From: Candidatus Latescibacterota bacterium | GTDB taxonomy: Bacteria > Latescibacterota > UBA2968 > GCA-2709665 | Assembly (NCBI GenBank): GCA_965208835.1 | Contig: OZ242358.1 | Coordinates: forward strand, 2,432,001 to 2,496,000 | Length of the DNA stretch: 64,000 nucleotides | Direction: 5' to 3' | In this document: positions 20,045-28,957 of the stretch, one piece after another | Numbering within the stretch: the first letter of the stretch is position 1 | Layout: each line of letters begins with the position of its first letter | Notes under the pieces: generated by a model | The model's database searches: none | The model's input: only the letters and a program-made list of their open reading frames with translations | Told to the model about the DNA's origin: nothing | Made by a program: the position numbers and the translations under genes

Positions 20045-20322
20045 CGTCAATTCGAGAAGAGATAAGCGGAAAATTGGCCACAAAAGCTTGAGTGCGGGTA
20101 GAGGGAAGAGGTGAGAAAATCGGGTAGACGCAAGACGTAAGGCGGTAGACCAAGAGCGGTGAGACGGGAGCCGGTAGACGGTAGAAGAAATGCGGGGAGA
20201 CGTTAGAGGGAAGACGGTAGATGAAGTCCTTGCCCGATATTTCGTAACTTCATGCCTTCGGCACGAAAAGAACCCTCACAAGGCAGGAAATCTCTCCCGT
20301 CTTGCGTCTCCCCTCTCACCCG
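20042..20322 (+). repeat. Family-1-type left end followed by a heptamer-repeat palindrome (purine arm / pyrimidine arm)
   Basis: Aligns with 42759-42942. GGTAGAC/GGTAGAG/GGGAGAC-like 7-mers on the left, complementary CTCTCCCGTCTTGCGTCTCCCCTCTCACCCG on the right. Confidence 0.7.
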
Positions 20323-20409
20323 GTGGTGGGGCGGGATGTGGTCCTCTCCCCCTCTCCCCGCTTCTGAGAGGCCGGAGGGGGGAAGTCCCGTAAAATAAGG
20401 AGAAATGTA

Positions 20410-21456
20410 ATGCCAAAAGGTATTCGCAAGGTAGCGGCCAGAGACGGCGCCGGTCGGATTGTTGTGATCGAGGAGCCGATTCCACGGCCGGGCCCCGGAC
20501 AGCTTCAGGTCGAGGTACGGGCGAGTTTCGTCAGTCCGGGCACAGAGCTCGGCGGCATGAAGAGGATTCGCGAACAACCGGGAGACGCTCCGCCCCGCCC
20601 GTTCGGGTATTCCAACTCCGGCGTCGTGATCGGTCATGGAGAAGGGTGCGACGATGTTCCAAAGGGTACCCGGGTGGCCTGCATGGGCGGCGGTTACGCC
20701 CAGCACGCGAGTCACGTCTGCGTACCCCGGAATATGGCCGTCCCGATGCCCGATGCCGTGCACTTTGAGGATGCGTCGTCCATTCATCTGGTCGCGACGG
20801 CGTTGAACGCCGTTCGCCGCGCCGAGTTGACGCTGGGCGAATACATCGCGGTGGTAGGACTCGGGCCGGTGGGGCAGTTCGCCAGTCAGTGGGCGCGGCT
20901 TGCCGGCTGTCACACGCTAGCACTGGACAGGCTCCCGATGCGTCTTTCGGCGGCGAAGAAGACCGGCGTGGACCGCATCGTGAACGTGAGCGAGGAGGAC
21001 CCCGTCGAGGCGTCACGGGATTTTACACGGGGATATGGTCTGGATGCGGGCATACTGGCATTTGGCGGCGACGGGACCGAGGCGTTCAAAACGATCGTGG
21101 CGATGATGAAGCGGGCGCCCGATACCCACCAGATGGGCAGGATCACGATCGTCGGCGGGGCGAAGATCGAGCACGTCTTCGCATCGGGGCTGGGTAACCT
21201 GGACGTACGGAGCGCTGCCCGGACGGGACCGGGATACCACGATGAGGCCTGGGAACACGGAAGGGACTATCCGCCCGTGTTCATGCAATGGACCACAAGG
21301 CGGAACCTCGAGGAGTGTCTCGAATTCATGGCGTCCGGCGGAATGCTCGTCGAACCGTTGATCACGCACCGGGTCGGGCTTTCCGATGCGCCGGAGGCCT
21401 GTGAAGACCTCATTCAGCGACCTAACGAAGCGCTTGGCGTGGTACTGTTGCCTTAG
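20410..21456 (+). CDS. Medium-chain dehydrogenase/reductase (zinc-binding dehydrogenase family)
   Basis: SPGTE, GYSNSG, VVGLGPVGQ Rossmann motif, PLITHR. AAGGAG RBS. Confidence 0.82.
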   Translation: MPKGIRKVAARDGAGRIVVIEEPIPRPGPGQLQVEVRASFVSPGTELGGMKRIREQPGDAPPRPFGYSNSGVVIGHGEGCDDVPKGTRVACMGGGYAQHASHVCVPRNMAVPMPDAVHFEDASSIHLVATALNAVRRAELTLGEYIAVVGLGPVGQFASQWARLAGCHTLALDRLPMRLSAAKKTGVDRIVNVSEEDPVEASRDFTRGYGLDAGILAFGGDGTEAFKTIVAMMKRAPDTHQMGRITIVGGAKIEHVFASGLGNLDVRSAARTGPGYHDEAWEHGRDYPPVFMQWTTRRNLEECLEFMASGGMLVEPLITHRVGLSDAPEACEDLIQRPNEALGVVLLP

Positions 21457-21492
21457 TCCACAGGAAACCACGAAGAAAAAGGGGAATCGCAA

Positions 21493-22575
21493 ATGTCTGA
21501 TAAACGGTATCGAGGCGGTGCGATCGGCCGGACGGGCCGCGGCAATTACGGACACGGCCTTCATCTGGGACTGGCCGGTGCGGACGCGGTGGACCTGGTG
21601 GCCCTGGCGGACCCGGACCCGCGGGGGCGGCGTGAAGCGGCCGAGGCGGTTGGCGTGGAACGGACCTACGAAGACTACCGGGAGATGCTGGACAAGGAAG
21701 CGCTGCAGATTGTAACAGTGGGACCCCGCTGGGTGGATTGTCATGAAGAGATGGTACTGGCGTGCGTGGACGCGGGCTGCCACGTCTACTGCGAAAAGCC
21801 GATGGCCCACAGCCTGGCGTCGGCCGACCGCATGGTGGACGCGGCGGAACGGGCGGGCGTCAAGCTGGCCGTGGCGCATCAGGGCGTCTATCTGCCTCAG
21901 GTTCAGGCAGCAAAACGCATGCTGGACGCCGGCCACATAGGTCCGTTGCAGGCGATTTACGCAACCGGAAAGCAGGACCATCGCGGCGGCGGCGAGGATA
22001 TGATCGTCCTGGGTACGCATCTGTTCAATCTGATGCGGTTCCTGGCCGGCGACGTGGCCTGGATGAGCGCTCAGGTCACGGTGGGCGACCGGGAACTGCG
22101 TCCGGGGGATGCCCGCGAGGCGGCGGAACCCGTTGGACTGATCGCAGGTGACCGCATACACAGCTGCTTCGCGTTTGAGAACGGCGCCGCCGGGTATTTT
22201 GTATCCCGGGCGGATCAGCCCGGTAACGGGGAGTGTTTCGGCCTGGAACTGGTGGGGCGGGATGGAAGGTTTATGATGCGGGGCGGGGCGCCAACCCTGA
22301 TTGCCGCTTATCCGTACAGCGTATGGCTTCCGGAGGACGAAACCCGGGTCTGGAACGTGCTGGATCTGGAAACCGTTCCATTCGCCGACGGAAACCGGTT
22401 GGCGGTTCTGGACCTGATCGAAGCGATCGAGCACGACCGGCAGCCCCTCTCCAGCGGTGTGGATGCGGTGAAGGCCCTGGAAATGGTGCTGGGAGCTTAT
22501 GCATCGCAGATTTCGGGCGCCCGGGTGGCGTTTCCGATGTCCGACCGGACCCACCCGCTGGAAGGACATGCATAG
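21493..22575 (+). CDS. Gfo/Idh/MocA-family oxidoreductase
   Basis: IGRTGRGNYGHG, HVYCEKPMA, GTHLFNL. Confidence 0.88.
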   Translation: MSDKRYRGGAIGRTGRGNYGHGLHLGLAGADAVDLVALADPDPRGRREAAEAVGVERTYEDYREMLDKEALQIVTVGPRWVDCHEEMVLACVDAGCHVYCEKPMAHSLASADRMVDAAERAGVKLAVAHQGVYLPQVQAAKRMLDAGHIGPLQAIYATGKQDHRGGGEDMIVLGTHLFNLMRFLAGDVAWMSAQVTVGDRELRPGDAREAAEPVGLIAGDRIHSCFAFENGAAGYFVSRADQPGNGECFGLELVGRDGRFMMRGGAPTLIAAYPYSVWLPEDETRVWNVLDLETVPFADGNRLAVLDLIEAIEHDRQPLSSGVDAVKALEMVLGAYASQISGARVAFPMSDRTHPLEGHA

Positions 22576-22677
22576 CCCGAACCGCGAATCCAACAGATTC
22601 ACCGCTGATGAAGGCCTGCCGGGATGAACGGAAGCCGGTTCAATCCGGATTGAGCCGCCTGCTCAAGTTCGGATGCG

Positions 22678-22706
22678 TTGGACATACAGCGGGATTGTCG
22701 TATATT
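22678..22706 (+). promoter_or_regulatory. Possible sigma-70 promoter for the PAC2 gene
   Basis: TTGGAC-17 bp-TATATT, about 70 bp upstream of ATG 22777. Confidence 0.35.
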
Positions 22707-22776
22707 ATCGTGAGCGGATCCGGTTTGACCCGAACTGCAACGATTTCCGGGCTGCCAGGCGGGAGGTGGAATCAAG

Positions 22777-23739
22777 ATGAATGCAAGAATAACCAAAGAC
22801 ATCTCGGATCGGATGCGCCCTTCGGTCATGCTGGCGGCATGGCCGGGTATGGGAAGCGTAGGCGTCGGGGCATTGGATTACCTGCGACGGAAACTCGACG
22901 CGATGCCGTTCGCGGAGATTGACATGAGCGAGTATTTCGCCCCGGAGGCGGTGGTTGTGGAAAAGGGACTCGCCCGGTCGTTTTCGGACTTGCCGAGCCA
23001 TGTGTTCTACTACGTTGAAGAACCACCGTTGATCATATCCGAAAGTGAAGCGCAGATACCGGGCATGGGAGGCACGGTCCTCATGGGCCATATGCTCGAC
23101 CTCGCACAGCGGTTCAAGGTGGAAACCATCTACACCGGTGCGGCGTACGCAATGCCCATCAGCCACAACGAACGCGTTCAGGTCCTCGGCGCGGCCAACC
23201 AGGAGGCCTTGCGCGATGCGCTTGAGCAGTACGGCGTGGAAATCCTGCAGGAAGGACACATCGCCGGGCTGAACGGGCTGTTGCTGGGAACGGCCGGGCT
23301 TCGAAACATCCGTGCGGCATGCCTGTTGGCGACAATGCCGATGTACGCCCAGATGATGCCGAATCCGAAAGCGTCCCGAGAGATCGTCCGCGTCTGGGCT
23401 AAAATGCTGGACCTGGATGTGAACATGGAGGAAATCGACCAGGCGGTGGAACGCATGGACGATACCATGTCCCAGATAGAAGAAAAGATTCGCACCACCT
23501 TCTCCACCATGGAACACGAGAACGAGGACGAAATCGAACTCGAGGAAGTGGACGAGGAACAGGTGCCTCAGGTCGTCATGGAGCGGATCGAGCGCCTGTT
23601 TGGAGAGGTCGAACACGACACGTCCAAGGAGAAGGCCGCACTGTTGAAGCGTGAACTGGACCGCTGGAACCTCTACGGACTCTACGAGGACCGGTTCCTG
23701 GGGCTGTTTCGAAAGGACAGCGGCTCCGGTCGAGGTTAA
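22777..23739 (+). CDS. PAC2-family (proteasome assembly chaperone-like) protein
   Basis: AAWPGMGSVG, GHIAGLNGLLLG, ACLLATMP.Y, PNPKAS. Acidic helical tail. Confidence 0.8.
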   Translation: MNARITKDISDRMRPSVMLAAWPGMGSVGVGALDYLRRKLDAMPFAEIDMSEYFAPEAVVVEKGLARSFSDLPSHVFYYVEEPPLIISESEAQIPGMGGTVLMGHMLDLAQRFKVETIYTGAAYAMPISHNERVQVLGAANQEALRDALEQYGVEILQEGHIAGLNGLLLGTAGLRNIRAACLLATMPMYAQMMPNPKASREIVRVWAKMLDLDVNMEEIDQAVERMDDTMSQIEEKIRTTFSTMEHENEDEIELEEVDEEQVPQVVMERIERLFGEVEHDTSKEKAALLKRELDRWNLYGLYEDRFLGLFRKDSGSGRG

Positions 23740-23778
23740 GCAGTCACCCGCCTGCCATTCTATCGTTTACCAGATTTC

Positions 23779-23935
23779 AGTGTTCTGGCCCATAAATAGG
23801 GTGCCTGAATTCGGCCGTCGAGTCGCCCGGCTCGCAAGGCGCCACCGACCTGCGTAGGGTCTGCGAGCGAAGGCAACGCAGCGAGACGGGATGAATCGGC
23901 GGTCGAATAGTGAGAAATTTATGGGACAGGACACT
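23779..23935. mobile_element. MITE family 2, copy A
   Basis: Terminal inverted repeats AGTGTTCTGGCCCATAAAT / ATTTATGGGACAGGACACT (17/19 match). Non-coding, 157 bp. Confidence 0.75.
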
Positions 23936-24070
23936 TCGTGACGATTTCCGGATTCATCGGTCCGGATCTCACGAGCCGATTGCCCCGCGTCAATCCGCTG
24001 AATCCTGCCTGCGGCAGATCCGGCCGCCGCGTTTCAACCCGTCACAACCGCAGCATATAAGGAGACTAAT

Positions 24071-25147
24071 GTGTATCCGGAACCTGCCGACAGTTCCCTG
24101 TTGAAAATCGATCTGTACAGCGATACGGCAACCATACCGACCCGCGGAATGCGCGAGTTCATGTGCGCGGCGGAAGTCGGCGATGAGCAGCGCGGCGAAG
24201 ACCCGTCCGTGAATGAGCTGCAGGAGACGGTGGCGGGAATGCTGGACAAGGAAGCCGCACTGCTGCTGCCGTCCGGCACGATGTGCAACCAGATCGCCTT
24301 TGCGGTGCATTGCCGCCCCGGCGATATGGTTCTGATTGAAAGGAACGCCCACCCCCTGCATTCCGAAGCGGGCGGCGCGGCGGTTCTCTCAAGCGCAACC
24401 CTGTACCCGGTCGACGGGGACAAGGGGCAGTTTACAGCGGAACACGTGGCGGAGGAGGTTCAGCCCGCGACCCGCTACTGGCCCGGCTTTCGCCTCGTGG
24501 CGGTGGAACAGACCACGAACCGGCCGGGTGGGCGCGTCTGGCCGTTGGAGCAGATGCGCGAGGTGTGCGATGCGGCGCACGAGCGTGACCTGCAGACGCA
24601 CATGGACGGCGCCCGCCTGTTCAATGCGGTCGTTGCGTCCGGAGTCTCGGCGCGGGACTACGCGGCGACGTTCGACTCTCTCTGGATCGATCTCAGCAAG
24701 GGGCTGGGTGCGCCTATCGGGGGTGTGTTGGCCGGCTCGAGGGGTTTCATCGAAGCCGCATGGCAGTGGAAGCAGAGGATCGGCGGCGCCATGCGGCAGG
24801 CTGGCTTTGTGGCGGCAGCGGGGATATACGCGTTAAGGCACAATATAGAACGGCTGGCGGAGGACCATGCCAATGCCAGGAGGCTGGCGGTCGGTATATC
24901 GGATGCGCCCGGCATCCAGGTGAATCCGGACGAAGTCGAAACCAATATGGTGAAGTTCGATATGAGCGGGACGGGAGTGAGTTCGAAGGAGTTCGCAAGC
25001 CGGCTGCTTGCCGAGTGGGGTGTCCGGGTGAGTACGCCTGGGCCCACGGCCATCCGAGCCATACCGTACCTCGGCATCAGCCGTGACGACGTCGACGAGG
25101 CCACGCGCGCGGTCTGCTCGCTTGCCGAGGAACTGGCGCAGAACTGA
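24071..25147 (+). CDS. ltaE: Low-specificity L-threonine aldolase
   Basis: DLYSDT, GDEQRGEDPSV, PSGTMCNQIA, HMDGARLFNA, LSKGLGAPIG, GGAMRQAG. Confidence 0.88.
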   Translation: MYPEPADSSLLKIDLYSDTATIPTRGMREFMCAAEVGDEQRGEDPSVNELQETVAGMLDKEAALLLPSGTMCNQIAFAVHCRPGDMVLIERNAHPLHSEAGGAAVLSSATLYPVDGDKGQFTAEHVAEEVQPATRYWPGFRLVAVEQTTNRPGGRVWPLEQMREVCDAAHERDLQTHMDGARLFNAVVASGVSARDYAATFDSLWIDLSKGLGAPIGGVLAGSRGFIEAAWQWKQRIGGAMRQAGFVAAAGIYALRHNIERLAEDHANARRLAVGISDAPGIQVNPDEVETNMVKFDMSGTGVSSKEFASRLLAEWGVRVSTPGPTAIRAIPYLGISRDDVDEATRAVCSLAEELAQN

Positions 25148-25239
25148 TCAATGACTCACCATCATCGTGTAGCGGCGTTCCTCGAAGGCGCCCGGCTAAA
25201 ATTGCACATGTCGGCGGCATGCCGGCAGCCTGATTCCAT

Positions 25240-26058
25240 ATGCGCACAATCGATCCTCACGTTCACGTCTGGGTGAACGACCCGGCGTACCCCTGGGCGC
25301 CGGACAATCCGAATCCGCCCGCGGAAGATGCGTCCTGCGAGCAGTTGCTCGCACAGATGGCGCGGCACGGTACGGACAGGACCGTACTTGTGCAGGTGAT
25401 CCACTACAAGTGGGACAACCGGTACGCGGGCGATTGTTTGAAGAAATACCCCGATCGCTTCGAAGGCGTCTGTCGCGTGGACCCGGAGAGTCCGGCCGCG
25501 GCCGACGATCTGAGCCGATGGGTGGAGGAGTACGGATTCCGGGGCGTTCGGTTGAGCCCGTGGCCCGGTCCCGAAGGAGACTGGTTTAAGCGCCCGGACC
25601 TGGATGCCCTGTGGCGGCGCACGCGCGACCTGAAGGTGCCGATGTGCATCCTGACGGCGCAGGAGCGTCTGCCGGACCTGGAGCGCTGGATTCAGAGATA
25701 CGAAGACGTGCAGGTCTGCGTGGACCACATGGCATGGCCGCCGGTCGACCGGCCGGATAGCGCCGCGAATCTGCTGCGACTCGCACGATATCCGGAGGTG
25801 TACGTGAAAATATCGGGCACCTGGGCCGTTTCTCGCGAACCCTATCCGTACCGGGACACCCACGCCGTCGTCAAACAGGTTTACGACGCATTCGGGCCGG
25901 AACGGCTCATGTGGGGCACCGACTGGCCCCTCGTCGAACAGAAGTGCGGCTACGCCGGTGCGCTGGATCTGGTCAGGAGAGAGTTTGCGTTTCTGAGCGA
26001 CGCGGACAGGGAATGGATTCTGGGCGGGACCGTACTCAGGCTCTGGCCGTTCGACTGA
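25240..26058 (+). CDS. Amidohydrolase_2-family protein (sugar lactonase-like)
   Basis: IDPHVHVW, VDHMA, VYVKISG, FGPERLMWGTDWP. Confidence 0.85.
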   Translation: MRTIDPHVHVWVNDPAYPWAPDNPNPPAEDASCEQLLAQMARHGTDRTVLVQVIHYKWDNRYAGDCLKKYPDRFEGVCRVDPESPAAADDLSRWVEEYGFRGVRLSPWPGPEGDWFKRPDLDALWRRTRDLKVPMCILTAQERLPDLERWIQRYEDVQVCVDHMAWPPVDRPDSAANLLRLARYPEVYVKISGTWAVSREPYPYRDTHAVVKQVYDAFGPERLMWGTDWPLVEQKCGYAGALDLVRREFAFLSDADREWILGGTVLRLWPFD

Positions 26059-26082
26059 CGGACGGACACACGGGAGGCGTCC

Positions 26083-26901
26083 ATGTACAAGGTGTCGTAC
26101 GACGGTACGAACAAGAAGGTCCTCTGGCAGGAGATGTGGCGGCACGAGTTCGAAGCCGCCCTGAAACACGATCCCGTGGTGATTCTGCCCACTGGTTCGG
26201 TGGAACAGCACGGCCCGCACTGCCCGATGGACGTGGATATTGTGGGCCCGTTCTATATGGCAGTTCGAGTGGCGCAGCGGGTGGATGAGTTCCCGGTAAT
26301 CGTCGCGCCGCCGATCTGGTCCGGGTTTACGCACTACAACAAGGGGTTTGCCGGAACGATCAGCCTGCGGATCGAGACCTACCTGAACCTGGTCGGCGAC
26401 GTCTGCAGGAGCATTCACGACAATGGGTTCCAACGAATCGTCATGGTAAACGGACACGGCGGGAATATGGCCCCCAATCACGTGGTTCGGGACACCATCG
26501 CGGAAGAGAACGTGTTTGTGGTGGCTTACAGCTGGTGGCAGTCCGTCGAGGACGAAATGCTGGCGTGGAGCGATGCGGACAACGGGAGCGTGGGACACGG
26601 CGGGGAGTGGGAGACATCGGTCATGCTGTACCTGCGGGAGCATCTCATCGCGAAGTCCCTGATGAACGACGACATCTTCCCGAATCCGTTCAGCGAGGAC
26701 CTGCAGCACTTCGGCGGGTTCTCAGAACGGCGCAGGGATACCCGCGACGTCACCGGCACGATGGGCAGTTCCAGCGCGGCCAGCGGGGAGAAGGGCGAGA
26801 AGGTCTTCAACCTGGCCGTGGACCGTCTTGAACGCCTGGTCAGGGAGTACCACGAACAGCCGGTCAGGCAGTACAGGGAGTTCGGATCGCACTGTCCCTG
26901 A
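26083..26901 (+). CDS. Creatininase-family protein
   Basis: GSVEQHGPHCPMDVD, GTISL, NGHGGN, HGGEWETS. Confidence 0.88.
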   Translation: MYKVSYDGTNKKVLWQEMWRHEFEAALKHDPVVILPTGSVEQHGPHCPMDVDIVGPFYMAVRVAQRVDEFPVIVAPPIWSGFTHYNKGFAGTISLRIETYLNLVGDVCRSIHDNGFQRIVMVNGHGGNMAPNHVVRDTIAEENVFVVAYSWWQSVEDEMLAWSDADNGSVGHGGEWETSVMLYLREHLIAKSLMNDDIFPNPFSEDLQHFGGFSERRRDTRDVTGTMGSSSAASGEKGEKVFNLAVDRLERLVREYHEQPVRQYREFGSHCP

Positions 26902-26925
26902 GGCGCATGGCAGGAGGCGAACGGC

Positions 26926-28542
26926 ATGTCGAATCTGCTCTATTTTGATTGTCACGCGACCGTCGGTCAACGGCCCATGAAACACCCGCGGGTGCGCTGG
27001 TCCACGGAGCATCTTCTCAAAGACATGGACCTGGCCGAGATATCCGGCGCGCTGGTCACGCACGGCGTCGCCCGTAGTTACGATCCGGTGTACGGAAATC
27101 GGCGGCTGAGGGCGGAACGGGCAAAGGCTCCGGACAGACTGTTTACCGCGTGGTGCATCGTTCCGCTGGGTGACCCCGGTTTCTTTGCCGACGGGGACGC
27201 GCTGATCGCGGCGATGGAGGCGGAGGACGTCCGCGCCGTGCGTCTGATGCCGGGCGGTTTCTCCATGCATCCGGAAATGGTCGGCCCCACGTTTGAGGTG
27301 CTGCAGCACCACAGCATCCTGACGCTGCTGGAAGTGGGGTGGGGAATGCCCGATATATTCGGGTTCTTCCACGAATTTCTGTCCCGGTACCCGCTGTTGC
27401 CGGTGCTGTTGACCGACCACGTTTGGAGCCAGCAGCGCCACGTCTACGCGTTGATGCAGCGACACGAGAACCTGCACCTGGAATTCTCATCCTACCAGAT
27501 CAACCGGGGGATTGAAAAATACGTGGCCGATTTCGGAGACGAACGCCTGCTATTCGGCACCGGAGGCACCGAAAAGTCACCCGGCGCGGCGCGTTTTTAC
27601 GTGGATTACGCTCAGATTTCGGAGGGTTCCAGACGCCGGATCGCGGGAGAGAATCTGAAACGCCTGCTGAAGGGGCACGGGCCGGTCCAACCGGCGCCGC
27701 CCTCGGGCAAGGCGGATGGAATCATGGCGGAAGCCAGATCGGGTCGGCCGCTGTCCGTCCCGGTACTCGACGCGCACTCCCACGTGCTGCACGAAGGCGG
27801 TCAGACGGCCGGCGTGAACTATCTCATGTACGATGGCGATGCCGAACACATGCTGGCTTTGAACACGCGGTGCGGCATCGACCGGACGGCGATGATGAGC
27901 TGGAACGCGCCGGTCTGCGTGGATGCGCACGACGGCAACGAGATCGTCAGACGCGCCATGCGACAGTTCGGCGACCAGGTGATCGGCGTGGCGGTAATCG
28001 ATCCCACCCACATGACCCCGGCGGAGATCGAGTCGGAGATACGCCTGAGGCATATCGACCAGGGATTCGTTGGAATGAAACCGTACGTGCGGATGAACCT
28101 GAACTATGAACACGACGGATTCACACCCTGGTGGGAGTTCGGAAACGAGCACAGCCTGTACGCATTGATGCACGTGGCCGGTCACACGGGCGGGGTGGCC
28201 GGCATCGGACGGCTGGCGGATCGGTTCCCGGAGGTGAGCTGGCTGATCGCGCACGCGGGTGGGAGCTATCCGTTCGCGGAAGAGGTGGCCGCGTGTATTC
28301 GGGATCACCCGAACGTGTACGCCGAGATTACGCTCACGCCCGTCACGAACCGAGTGGTGGAGTTTCTGGTTGCGGCAACGGACGAGGACCACGTGCTGTT
28401 CGGCACGGATGCGCCGATGAGAGACCCCCGGCAGCAGCTCGGCTGGGTGGTCTGGGCTGAGCTGCCCCTGGAATCAAAAAAGAAAGTCCTGGGCGGGAAT
28501 TTCCAGCGGATACTGGACCGTGTGACGCTGCCCGGGCCCTAG
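26926..28542 (+). CDS. Tandem two-domain amidohydrolase-family protein
   Basis: Two barrels: FDCHAT...RLLFGTG and LDAHSH...IAHAG...VLFGTDAP. Confidence 0.8.
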   Translation: MSNLLYFDCHATVGQRPMKHPRVRWSTEHLLKDMDLAEISGALVTHGVARSYDPVYGNRRLRAERAKAPDRLFTAWCIVPLGDPGFFADGDALIAAMEAEDVRAVRLMPGGFSMHPEMVGPTFEVLQHHSILTLLEVGWGMPDIFGFFHEFLSRYPLLPVLLTDHVWSQQRHVYALMQRHENLHLEFSSYQINRGIEKYVADFGDERLLFGTGGTEKSPGAARFYVDYAQISEGSRRRIAGENLKRLLKGHGPVQPAPPSGKADGIMAEARSGRPLSVPVLDAHSHVLHEGGQTAGVNYLMYDGDAEHMLALNTRCGIDRTAMMSWNAPVCVDAHDGNEIVRRAMRQFGDQVIGVAVIDPTHMTPAEIESEIRLRHIDQGFVGMKPYVRMNLNYEHDGFTPWWEFGNEHSLYALMHVAGHTGGVAGIGRLADRFPEVSWLIAHAGGSYPFAEEVAACIRDHPNVYAEITLTPVTNRVVEFLVAATDEDHVLFGTDAPMRDPRQQLGWVVWAELPLESKKKVLGGNFQRILDRVTLPGP

Positions 28543-28793
28543 TGCCCCGTCCCAAGAATGTCTCACCATTTGACCGCCAGTTCATCCCGTCTCGTTGAAA
28601 CGTGGTCATTGAGCTTGTCGAAATGCCCGCGTTTCAATATCGCTCGACGGCCAATCGAAAACCCTTCGCCGACCCTTCGACAAGCTCAGGGAGCGGCTCA
28701 GGGCTCACCCGCCGTTTCCTGAGCCTGTCAAAGGATGCGAGACGGGCGACTCGGCGGTCGAATTCAGGCAGTTTATTACCGGGACAGAATACG
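28541..28793. mobile_element. MITE family 2, copy B (inverted), carrying nested REP-like CTTCGACAAGCTCAG units
   Basis: Both ends align with the reverse complement of 23779-23935. Interior contains TGAGCTTGTCGAA, CTTCGACAAGCTCAGG and CCTGAGCCTGTCAAAGG. Confidence 0.7.
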
Positions 28794-28957
28794 AGCTGTA
28801 CCGGTTTGATCTGCCACCGAGTCGCTGACCGGATGTGCACTTTAACCGTGGACCGAAACCTTCTGCAGCAGAATAGTTTGCGCGAAGACGAATTTCGCTT
28901 CCCGGGATCCACGACGTGCAGCGGGCCAATCGTCGCACGGGAGGAAAGGCCGGAATT

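Noticed and set aside
20092-20230. Tandem short repeats considered as a CRISPR array
   Set aside because: Degenerate 7-mers without unique spacers, no 23-47 bp direct repeats, and no cas genes.
20323-20390. CCCTCTCCCCGCTT...GAGAGG...GGAGGGG palindrome resembling a REP class
   Set aside because: Single degenerate copy in the window, so it cannot be established as a repeat.
21013-22602. Long antisense or alternate-frame ORFs (also 3082-4446, 25162-26709, 29303-30649, 40174-41718, 45864-47414, 52355-53995, 54709-56361)
   Set aside because: They are shadows of well-supported genes in high-GC DNA and have no recognisable motifs.
26899-26928. Creatininase ends HCP-TGA in frame with the next gene, suggesting possible Sec read-through or fusion
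   Set aside because: The downstream gene has its own GGAGG RBS and ATG, both proteins are full-length for their families, and no convincing SECIS stem follows. The shared frame is a 1-in-3 coincidence.
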